From Oscillospiraceae bacterium (lineage in GTDB: Bacteria; Bacillota; Clostridia; Oscillospirales; Ruminococcaceae): 64,000 nucleotides of DNA. Made by a program: the position numbers and the translations under genes. How positions within the stretch are numbered: position 1 is the stretch's first letter; every line of letters begins with the position of its first letter. The notes below the pieces were generated by a model that was given only the letters and a program-made list of their open reading frames with translations, did not search any database and was not told the DNA's origin. The stretch lies in assembly GCA_045606725.1 (NCBI GenBank), contig JAZUSM010000119.1, positions 41,491 through 105,490 of the forward strand. Reading direction: 5' to 3'. Shown here one piece after another: positions 37,021 through 44,990 of the stretch.

Positions 37021-39087
37021 TTATTCACTTCTTTTTTCTGCACCGTTTATAACAATTCTTGCTCGTCCCCCATCAATTCTGATTTTGTCTTCACTGATGT
37101 AGTCGGCATAATCCGTTTTTGTAACCAGATCAATAGAAGAATCCGAATTAACAAGTTGAATTTCCGAGTCGCCGCTGAGGCTTCCAAGTGCAAGCGCATT
37201 GTCACCCTTTACAACTACATTCATACTTGCCTTATCAAGTATGAAGCGAGTTGCACCTTCAAGTGCTGCAACCGCTGAACAACGGTCAGCGATAATATTG
37301 AATTTTGTACTTGCCTCGCAAATTACAACATCGCAGTTTCCGCCCTTAAGAGTACCGATACCAACTGTATCTGTACCCGAAAGGTAAAGCTTCAACGCAC
37401 TGTGACGTACACTGACTCTGCAGTTTCCATCAAGCGTACCTATTGCCACACCATGTTCAGATGAAATCTCGACTGAAATATCACAGGCAAACAATTCAAG
37501 ATCGGTATCAGTATCAATTGCTCCTATTCCGACACCCATATAGCCAGCCATATTGATAAAGAACTGACCCTTTAATATACTTATCTTTCCGCCGAGTCCC
37601 GAACCTATGCCCACTCCGCTTGCAGCATGATTATCGATTGTTACACCCTGTCTGAAGACAAGTTCACCATGTCTTGACTCACCGTCATTTCCTATTGCAT
37701 AATAACCCGAGCCATTTATGAAAACCGAGAGTCCTCCGTCGCCGCTTACTGTAAGCTTTGAGCTTTCCGGTACTTTTATTCCGCCGTTTTTCAGCTGATT
37801 GTTACCAGAAAGGACAAGCTCAACATCACAGTTTTCACCTATATTGATACATGGGCGGTTCTTTTCGTTGGAAAGCATTGCATTGTCAAGGATGATGCTT
37901 CCCCTGAAATCGTTTGCAACGTCAATATGGATTTTTGTATCAATTTCCAGAGAACCTGCGACGATTATGTCACCGTTTCCATCTCCGCCTACCATCACGC
38001 ACTTATATCCGTCCTTTTCAATCCTTTCAAGAAGCACTCTTTCTGACTTCACGGCATTATAGACCTGAAGCTTTTTACCGTCCTCACGTTCCTGCCGATA
38101 GCGCTTGATTTCCTGTCTTATTTCACGGGGAATTGACTCTGCAATCACTGCTGACGGTCTTGCTGTATAATAGCCTTGGATAAGGTCAACACCAAGCTTG
38201 ACAACTGTATGTAATTCCTCAGATGTTTCGACACCCTCAGCAAGTGCAAGAATTCCGTTATCATGACAGAAATCTATTATCTCACGCACAAAATAACGCT
38301 TCTGCCTGTTGTTATGTATATCACTCAGCAGTGAACGGTCTATTTTTACGTAATGAGGCATATATCTCAGCAGATTGTGCACGTTTGAATATCCCGTACC
38401 GTAATCGTCAATTGCAATCTGCACATTCATGCCGTCATACATTTCCCTGATTTCACCGAACTCGCTTTCACCCATTTCCGACTGCTCGGTCATTTCAACA
38501 ACAACGCTGTCCGGATGCTTTTCCATAAAAGCCTTTGTTTTGCTGAGATTTTCATCATTCAGCCTTGCCCTCGGAATACTGTTGATAAAAACCTTTCTTC
38601 CGCCGAATTCTTCTTTCTTGCTGTCAATAATACCAAGAACATTGAGAAAGGTTGCTTTTTCAATATCGTCAAGCCGTTCCATTATTTCAGCATATTTTAT
38701 AATATGATACGGACTCGGACACACACTGCTCCTAGGACGCATAAGCGCTTCGTAGGAATAAATTTTTCCGTCAGTAGCTCTTACTATCGGCTGAAAATGG
38801 TAATCAAAGAGATTTTCGTCAATAATCCTGCGCACTTCGGCAAGCTCTGCACGTTCCTGTTCTGTTCTCACAGCAAATCTGCACTCATTCGTATCGTTCT
38901 CTCTGAGTGTTGCCAGTTCATTTCCGATATTCCATATATCTTCAAGCACGTTTTTCCACTCCGCGCTTCCATCTGTATCAAGTGAAGGGAAATATTTACC
39001 TGTAACAGCTTCAAGTTCCTTTAAGCTATTTATGCCTTTAAGTTCTGAAAAAAGCTCATGCAGAAGTTTCAATTTCATTTCGTTCAT
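37021..39087 (-). CDS. EAL-domain c-di-GMP phosphodiesterase fused to a C-terminal repeat domain of about 330 aa (predicted beta-solenoid), cytoplasmic
   Basis: 688 aa with no signal peptide or TM. EAL motifs: YEALMRP, INSIP, VVEMTE, DDYGTGYSN, KIDRSL, AEGVET, QGYY. From about aa 360 the sequence is Gly/Ile/Val-rich with short recurring strands. Confidence 0.8.
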   Translation of the reverse strand: MNEMKLKLLHELFSELKGINSLKELEAVTGKYFPSLDTDGSAEWKNVLEDIWNIGNELATLRENDTNECRFAVRTEQERAELAEVRRIIDENLFDYHFQPIVRATDGKIYSYEALMRPRSSVCPSPYHIIKYAEIMERLDDIEKATFLNVLGIIDSKKEEFGGRKVFINSIPRARLNDENLSKTKAFMEKHPDSVVVEMTEQSEMGESEFGEIREMYDGMNVQIAIDDYGTGYSNVHNLLRYMPHYVKIDRSLLSDIHNNRQKRYFVREIIDFCHDNGILALAEGVETSEELHTVVKLGVDLIQGYYTARPSAVIAESIPREIRQEIKRYRQEREDGKKLQVYNAVKSERVLLERIEKDGYKCVMVGGDGNGDIIVAGSLEIDTKIHIDVANDFRGSIILDNAMLSNEKNRPCINIGENCDVELVLSGNNQLKNGGIKVPESSKLTVSGDGGLSVFINGSGYYAIGNDGESRHGELVFRQGVTIDNHAASGVGIGSGLGGKISILKGQFFINMAGYMGVGIGAIDTDTDLELFACDISVEISSEHGVAIGTLDGNCRVSVRHSALKLYLSGTDTVGIGTLKGGNCDVVICEASTKFNIIADRCSAVAALEGATRFILDKASMNVVVKGDNALALGSLSGDSEIQLVNSDSSIDLVTKTDYADYISEDKIRIDGGRARIVINGAEKRSE
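37024..38010 (-). repeat. Coding region for imperfect short repeats of the C-terminal domain ([VAL]-[GA]-[IAL]-[GL] turns)
   Basis: YAIG (aa 463), VGIG (492), VGIG (529), VAIG (547), VGIG (575), VAAL (606) and LALG (632) are spaced 18-37 aa apart. Each is followed by a short x-L-x-G or D-G turn. Confidence 0.5.
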
Positions 39088-39146
39088 TTTCAGCTCTCCG
39101 TTTCAGCATTATCTGCACATTATAATGGGGAGTTTTATTTTGCAAC

Positions 39147-39175
39147 ATTATATCATACAAAGATACAAAATGCAA
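39147..39175 (-). promoter_or_regulatory. SigA-type promoter of the EAL/beta-solenoid gene (TTGCAT-17-TG-extended TATAAT)
   Basis: Reverse strand: TTGCAT (39175-39170), 17-nt spacer ending in TGA, TATAAT (39152-39147). Confidence 0.55.
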
Positions 39176-39184
39176 TGAACTTTT

Positions 39185-39224
39185 AATAAACAAAACGGAC
39201 GCAAAAAAATATTTTCACGTCCGT
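39185..39224 (-). terminator. Rho-independent terminator after the AraC gene
   Basis: Reverse strand: ACGGACG-tgaaaatatttttttg-CGTCCGT followed by TTTGTTTATT. Confidence 0.65.
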
Positions 39225-39270
39225 TGAATTTTTATATCATATATTTGCACAAAATGTAATCCATTTGTCG

Positions 39271-40002
39271 CTATGCCTTTGTTCTGAAAAACCTCTCGCG
39301 GTAATTTTTCGGCGTATAACCCGTATGCTTCTTAAAAACCTGTATAAAATGGCTTTCTGAACTGAAACAAAGATATTCTGAAATTTCAATGCAGGAATAC
39401 TCTGAAAATTTCAGCATGTTTTCAGCCGCTTCAATACGCTTTTTGACTATGTATCCTGACACTGTCATGCCTGTTTCCTTGTGAAAAAGCTTTGACAGAT
39501 AGGCAGGACTGAGCGATACCTTTTCGGCAAGCATTTCAAGAGTAATCTTCTTATGGAGATTATCGTAAATATAATCAAGGCACATTGTTATTGCCTTAGG
39601 ATAACGATTCTGCTTGCGTATGATATTCATCCGCTGTGCATAATCGTCCACAACCTCACGGTGAAGAAGATTAATTTGCTCCTCGGTACGGCATTTGTCA
39701 ATGCTTTGTATATATATATCACTCAGATTATATGCGGCTTCCATTTCCATTCCGCCCTCTATACAGTATCGTGTTATAAATGCAACCGATATAATCAGAT
39801 GATATTTCAGATTACGCAGACTGTCCTCGCTGAGTTTTCCCATATCCTCACTGTTGAACGGTTTGAACAGTCGCTTTGTTTCTTCGACATCACCTTCTTT
39901 TATGCTATGGAAAAAAGCCATTTCACGTTCATATGAAAGATGGGAAATACTGTATTCACGATTGATAAATTCAATATGTGAAAGCTTTTTGCTTACGTTC
40001 AT
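39271..40002 (-). CDS. AraC-family transcriptional regulator
   Basis: 243 aa with a C-terminal double HTH (LSPAYLSKLFHKETGMTVSGY...FSSESHFIQVFKKHTGYTPKNYR). It lies 26 nt downstream of the GH16 gene. Confidence 0.85.
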   Translation of the reverse strand: MNVSKKLSHIEFINREYSISHLSYEREMAFFHSIKEGDVEETKRLFKPFNSEDMGKLSEDSLRNLKYHLIISVAFITRYCIEGGMEMEAAYNLSDIYIQSIDKCRTEEQINLLHREVVDDYAQRMNIIRKQNRYPKAITMCLDYIYDNLHKKITLEMLAEKVSLSPAYLSKLFHKETGMTVSGYIVKKRIEAAENMLKFSEYSCIEISEYLCFSSESHFIQVFKKHTGYTPKNYRERFFRTKA

Positions 40003-40028
40003 AGTAGTACCCCCCTAAAGCGCAAATC

Positions 40029-40808
40029 TTATTCAAACGGTGTAAATCTTACCCACTCATACTCTGCAGAAAGCGGCATATTTGTATCGTCAAATGCGTT
40101 AAGCCATCCGTCAACACCTTTTCCGCACCATGCATTCATCATAATCTTACCCTCGGTAACAGGAATGCTTTCGGCAGCACTGTACACCTCAACACCGTCA
40201 ACAAACCACACAATTCTATCCTTATGCCACTCAAATGCGTACGTATGGAAATCCTCTGCCGCATCAAAACCAAGGTCGTGCATATATTCATGATTACCCC
40301 TGCTGTCAGTAAAATAATTGAACTGGACCTTTGTTGTATCCTTGCCGAGAATTTCAACATCGATTTCATCCCACGGATTTCCGTCAGATGGACCTGTATA
40401 GGTGAAGAATGAAGATACAACGCCGTCATTCTTTATAGCCTTCATTGATACCTCATAGCGTCCGTATCCATAAAATCCTGTGCTTCTGAATTCTCCTCCT
40501 GAATAAGGAATTGTTCCGTCAGAAAGCAAATCCTTGTCAATTATAAGCTGCATTCTGCCGTCCTTGAAGGTAACGTTGCTTCTGCGCCATGTTACATTGA
40601 ACATACTTCCGTTTGTCCAGCCGTCAGCACACTCCCACCCGTCAGGCATTCCGTTTGTAAACTCGGCATATACAGACCCGTCATCAACTGCTTCTTCAAC
40701 AGAAACAGCGGTTGTTGTTTCACTCATGATTTCATCGGCTTCCTTTCCGCAGGCTGTAAGCAGCATTGCTGATAATAATATGGCTGAAATAAATCTTATT
40801 CTTTTCAT
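40029..40808 (-). CDS. GH16 beta-glucanase (lichenase/laminarinase type), lipoprotein
   Basis: 259 aa with lipobox LLTAC and the catalytic motif WDEIDVEILG (ExDxE). Confidence 0.85.
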   Translation of the reverse strand: MKRIRFISAILLSAMLLTACGKEADEIMSETTTAVSVEEAVDDGSVYAEFTNGMPDGWECADGWTNGSMFNVTWRRSNVTFKDGRMQLIIDKDLLSDGTIPYSGGEFRSTGFYGYGRYEVSMKAIKNDGVVSSFFTYTGPSDGNPWDEIDVEILGKDTTKVQFNYFTDSRGNHEYMHDLGFDAAEDFHTYAFEWHKDRIVWFVDGVEVYSAAESIPVTEGKIMMNAWCGKGVDGWLNAFDDTNMPLSAEYEWVRFTPFE

Positions 40809-41006
40809 AATTATTCCTCCGAATTGCTTTTATGACATAATTATAACACTTTGAACAAAACAATAATATCATATTTTTGTTTCAAATGTCAATTATTTGT
40901 TGTTACTTTTGCAATAAATTTATGATACAATAAGCATTGTTATGACATTCACAAAAGCACATATATGATATATTAAAAGCATGAATTTTGAAAGGAACGG
41001 TGAATT

Positions 41007-41960
41007 ATGTTAAAGGAAAAAGGCTTTTATAAGGGAATAAATCTCGGCGGCTGGTTTTCTCAGTGCGATTACAGCGAAGACCGCCTGAACAATTTTATTA
41101 CTGAAGCTGATTTTGAAAAAATCAGTCAATGGAAAATCGATCATGTCAGAATCCCTGTTGACTACAATATTTTTGAAAATGCTGACGGCACATACAAAAA
41201 TGACGGCTTTGAAAGAATTGACCGTGTGTTTGAGCTTTGCGAAAAATACGGACTTAATGCCGTTCTTGACCTGCACAAAACAGCAGGATTTTCCTTTGAT
41301 TATTACGGTGAAAGCGAAAGCGGCTTTTTTGACAGCGAGGATTTACAGGAACGCTTTTACAAGCTGTGGGAAAAATTTGCTGTCAGATACGGCAACCGCC
41401 CTGACAGTATTGCTTTTGAGCTTCTTAATGAGGTTACCGATAAGGAATATATCGACAAGTGGAACAGCATTGCTGAAAACTGCATAAAGCGCATAAGGGT
41501 TTACGCACCTAACACGATTATTCTTGTTGGAAGCTACTGGAACAACAGTGCTGAAGCTGTAAAAGATCTTACAAAACCTTTTGATGATAAGGTTGTTTAT
41601 AATTTCCACAGCTATGATCCGCTGAAATTCACTCATCAGGGCGCATACTGGACAAACATGATTGATCCGAATGAACGTATTGCTTTTGAAGACAGCGGAG
41701 TTACTCCCGAATACTTTGAAAACTTCTTTGCTTCTGCAATTGAAACAGCAAAGGCAAACGGTGCAGTCCTCTACTGCGGCGAATACGGTGTCATTGACAA
41801 GGTTTCACCTGAGGATACGCTTGAATGGTTCAAATGTATCAATGCTGTATTTAAAAAATACAATATCGCAAGAAGCGCATGGAGCTACAAGGAAATGGAC
41901 TTCGGACTTTCAGATGCAAGACTTGACAACATTCGTGATGAACTTTTGAAATACTTGTAA
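41007..41960 (+). CDS. GH5 glycoside hydrolase without a signal peptide (probably cytoplasmic)
   Basis: 317 aa with GINLGGWF, acid/base in FELLNEV and nucleophile in YCGEYGV. Confidence 0.8.
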   Translation: MLKEKGFYKGINLGGWFSQCDYSEDRLNNFITEADFEKISQWKIDHVRIPVDYNIFENADGTYKNDGFERIDRVFELCEKYGLNAVLDLHKTAGFSFDYYGESESGFFDSEDLQERFYKLWEKFAVRYGNRPDSIAFELLNEVTDKEYIDKWNSIAENCIKRIRVYAPNTIILVGSYWNNSAEAVKDLTKPFDDKVVYNFHSYDPLKFTHQGAYWTNMIDPNERIAFEDSGVTPEYFENFFASAIETAKANGAVLYCGEYGVIDKVSPEDTLEWFKCINAVFKKYNIARSAWSYKEMDFGLSDARLDNIRDELLKYL

Positions 41961-41971
41961 TTTATAAAGAT

Positions 41972-42002
41972 GCGGGCGGATAATATCCGCCCGTTTTTTT
42001 GT
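41972..42002 (+). terminator. Rho-independent terminator after the cytoplasmic GH5 gene
   Basis: GCGGGCGGAT-aat-ATCCGCCCG followed by TTTTTTTGT. Confidence 0.85.
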
Positions 42003-42076
42003 CTGTAATAAGAAAGAGATAACCCCGCTTCACATGGAAACGGGATTATCAGAAGGAAAATTATGAGGTTTTATTA

Positions 42077-43486
42077 TCAGGAGAACTTCTCTTGGATAAC
42101 ATGGTTGAGGTCGTCAACAGTTGTCTGTGTAAGAGCACTGATTTCTTCTCTTGTAACGTTCCAGTCCTTACCGCTGAAGGAAGCCTGCTTGATGGAGTCG
42201 TCAACGATTGCTGCAACCTCGGAAGGAAGACCCATATGGAGGCTTACAACAGGGTTAGCGTCGGTAAGTTCTCTTACCTTGTACCACATTTCAAACATTT
42301 CATCTGTCCAGCCGTAGTCTTCACGGTACTGGTTAACTGTAATAGCAAGTGCATTTTCATCCTTTTCTGCGATAAGCTTACACTTGATGAATGCAGCTGC
42401 ACCCTCTGGGTTTTCTGCGCCCTTACAAAGTGCGTATGCGTCCATATTTGCAGGGAGATAATATTCATCTGCAGCAGGGTCACGAGGCATTGGAACAAAC
42501 ATGATATCGCCCTGTTCGCCGAACTTGGAAAGGTCAGCTTCCCAGAGTGCCCATGTTGCGCAAGGCCAGAAAAGTGTCTTGCCTTCTGCGATACGCTGAG
42601 GCTGTTCTGTCCAGTTGAATTCAGCCTTAGGAAGTGGCAGGTCAGCCTTCTTCAGCTCATACATGAAGTTTTCTGCACGCTCAAGTTCAGCGCTGTCAAT
42701 ATTGTTCTGTACAAGACCGTTTTCCATAGAAATTGGAGCAACACCTGTTGTGAGAACAAACTGTGTTTCAAAATACCAGCTGTCGTAAGCAAACTTATCT
42801 TCTTCACGGTCGCAGTATTCAAAGCACATTTCACGGAATGTATCCCATGTCCAGTTACCTTCTGCAAGGAGCTCAGCAGGATCATCAAGTCCGTTTTCTT
42901 CCATTGTTTTCTTATTGTAAATCATAAGACACTTGGAGTCTGTATTTACAGGAGCAACGTAGTGCTTACCGCCCATAACGTGAGCTTCAGCAAGCTTCTT
43001 TGCACCGTCAGTCCAGAGTGACTCATCATTGAAGTCAAGGTAATCATCAAACGGCTGGAACATACCGTCAACAACCTTGCCAGGGAATGTATCAAATTCC
43101 TGTGCAGGGAAAAGGTCAGGAGCAGTACCGCCAAGAACCATTGTAGAAAGATCTGTGTAGCGGTTTTCCCATGTTGTAGGGATGTACTCGATCTTGCCGC
43201 CGTACTTTGTTTCAAAAAGTTCAAGAGCAAAGAGCTTTGGCTTTCCCTTATCAGGGTTGATGTCATATGTAGCAAGCCACTTTACTGTGCCGTTTTCAAG
43301 CTTTTCATCAGTAATTTCAACTTCCTGAACAGCAGCCTGTTCTTCTTCACTGAGCTGCTTAGGAGCAGTAGTTGCACTTGTTACCTCCGCTTCGCTTGCA
43401 ATTCCTTCATCTGTACTACAACCAGCAAATGTGCCGAGCATTGCAAGTGCGGAAATCATAGCAGTTATTCTTTTAAAATTCTTCAT
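42077..43486 (-). CDS. Extracellular solute-binding lipoprotein (sugar ABC type) with no adjacent permease genes
   Basis: Track start is 43540. ATG 43486 (MKNFKRITAMISALAMLGTFAGC) has AAGGAG 7 nt upstream. It has a lipobox. Confidence 0.8.
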   Translation of the reverse strand: MKNFKRITAMISALAMLGTFAGCSTDEGIASEAEVTSATTAPKQLSEEEQAAVQEVEITDEKLENGTVKWLATYDINPDKGKPKLFALELFETKYGGKIEYIPTTWENRYTDLSTMVLGGTAPDLFPAQEFDTFPGKVVDGMFQPFDDYLDFNDESLWTDGAKKLAEAHVMGGKHYVAPVNTDSKCLMIYNKKTMEENGLDDPAELLAEGNWTWDTFREMCFEYCDREEDKFAYDSWYFETQFVLTTGVAPISMENGLVQNNIDSAELERAENFMYELKKADLPLPKAEFNWTEQPQRIAEGKTLFWPCATWALWEADLSKFGEQGDIMFVPMPRDPAADEYYLPANMDAYALCKGAENPEGAAAFIKCKLIAEKDENALAITVNQYREDYGWTDEMFEMWYKVRELTDANPVVSLHMGLPSEVAAIVDDSIKQASFSGKDWNVTREEISALTQTTVDDLNHVIQEKFS

Positions 43487-43604
43487 ATAAACACTCCTTC
43501 TCAAAAATGTTTTCCGTTTACTGTAATTACACTTTACCACATTTGAAAGGGATGCAATATCAGAATTATATCTTTTTTGTTAATATTTTGCGCATAATTA
43601 AAGT

Positions 43605-43641
43605 AAAAAAATAAGGGCAGCAGACCACAGACCTGCTACCC
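43605..43641 (-). terminator. Rho-independent terminator after the aldo-keto reductase gene
   Basis: Reverse strand: GGGTAGCAG-gtctgtggt-CTGCTGCCC followed by TTATTTTTTT. Confidence 0.8.
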
Positions 43642-43659
43642 ATGATTATATATCACAAA

Positions 43660-44652
43660 TTATTCATTAAGAACTGCTTCAATCTCTGCAATTTCCATAT
43701 CAGTAAAATCAAGCTTTTCAATACAAGCTGCATTTTCAATAATCTGTTCAGGACGACTTGCTCCGATAAGGACAGTTGCAACGGCTTTGTTGTTCAGCAC
43801 CCATGAAAGTGCAAGCTGCGAAAGCTTCTGTCCTCGTTTTTCAGCAATGGCATTAAGCTTATTGAGTCTTGCAATCATCTTATCGTCAAGCTCATTGCCT
43901 ATCCATGTTTCACCCTTTCCAACCCTTGAATCGGCAGGAACTCCGTTAAGATACTTATTTGTAAGGAAACCCTGATAAAGCGGAGAGAATACAGCAAGTC
44001 CGAAGCCTGCTTCCTCTGCAAACTTGTCCAGCCCGTCACGTTCAATCCAGCGGTTAAGCATTGCATAAGACGGCTGATTTACAATAAACGGTGTGTGAAG
44101 CTCCTTGAATATCTTCATGATTTCCTCAGTCTGCTGCTTGTTATAATTGGAGATACCAACATAAAGCGCCTTACCCTGCTTTACAGCATTATCAAGCGCA
44201 AGAGCTGTTTCCTCAACGGGAGTATTCGGGTCGGGTACATGGTGATAGAAAATGTCCACATATTCCAGTCCCATGCGTTTCAGGCTCTGGTCAAGAGAAG
44301 CGGTAAGATATTTGCGTGAGCCGTTTTTATCTCCGTAAGGGCCAGGCCACATATCATAGCCTGCCTTTGTGGAAATACACATTTCATCACGGTAACTTTT
44401 CATTTCCTCAAGAATTCTTCCGAAATTCTCCTCTGCGCTTCCATTATAAGGATTGCCATAATTATTTGCAAGGTCAAAATGAGTGATGCCGAGGTTGAAG
44501 GCGGTATGCACCATATTTTCCATATTTGCAAAGCTGCCCTTGTGACCGAAATTCTGCCAGAAACCGAGTGATACCGCAGAAAGCTTCAGACCGCTTTTTC
44601 CGCAGCGGTTATAAATCATTTTATCATATCTTTTTTCATCTGCAATAAACAT
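43660..44652 (-). CDS. Aldo/keto reductase (YghZ/L-glyceraldehyde-3-phosphate reductase-like)
   Basis: Track start is 44763. ATG 44652 (MFIADEKRYDKMIYNRCGKSGLKLSAVSLGFWQNFG) has AAGGAG 7 nt upstream. Confidence 0.85.
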   Translation of the reverse strand: MFIADEKRYDKMIYNRCGKSGLKLSAVSLGFWQNFGHKGSFANMENMVHTAFNLGITHFDLANNYGNPYNGSAEENFGRILEEMKSYRDEMCISTKAGYDMWPGPYGDKNGSRKYLTASLDQSLKRMGLEYVDIFYHHVPDPNTPVEETALALDNAVKQGKALYVGISNYNKQQTEEIMKIFKELHTPFIVNQPSYAMLNRWIERDGLDKFAEEAGFGLAVFSPLYQGFLTNKYLNGVPADSRVGKGETWIGNELDDKMIARLNKLNAIAEKRGQKLSQLALSWVLNNKAVATVLIGASRPEQIIENAACIEKLDFTDMEIAEIEAVLNE

Positions 44653-44925
44653 AAGAATTCTCCTTTCATATTTACAGAAATTAATATTCGATTTTAACAG
44701 TATCGCAAGCTGTACAATACCACTTATTATAATAGCATCTGTCGCTTTGTTCGTCAACCTCAAATTACATAATACACAAATTTCAGATAAATGCTTTTAT
44801 TAGTTATGTTACTTCTCTTAACAAGCTTTGTCATAACATTTTTCAACTGATTTGCCACAAAAGTTCTTTGTCCTCTTGTCAGCATTATACAAATAAATCT
44901 CATAAAATTCCCTAATTATACCGTA

Positions 44926-44954
44926 TTGCTTAACAATACAATTTGTGGTATACT
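44926..44954 (+). promoter_or_regulatory. Promoter of the two-gene hydrolase-like operon (TTGCTT-17-TG-extended TATACT)
   Basis: TTGCTT (44926-44931), 17-nt spacer ending in TGG, TATACT (44949-44954). The track ORF start 44943 falls inside this promoter. Confidence 0.5.
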
Positions 44955-44990
44955 ATTAACAAATTCAAAGTGAAAGCAAGGTGTTTTTTT

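Noticed and set aside
36834-37043. 69-aa ORF (- strand) in the AT-rich spacer, and small ORFs at 17898..18161 and 18024..18227.
   Set aside because: They lie in AT-rich intergenic DNA and overlap terminators or the end of a real gene. They have Asn/Ile/Lys/Phe-biased translations and no SD. They are probably not coding.
40830-40948. 9-mer TTATGACAT occurs twice (40830-40838 and 40940-40948) in the divergent GH16/GH5 intergenic region, as possible AraC sites.
   Set aside because: A single shared 9-mer in 200 bp of AT-rich DNA can easily arise by chance. There is no further repeat structure around the copies.
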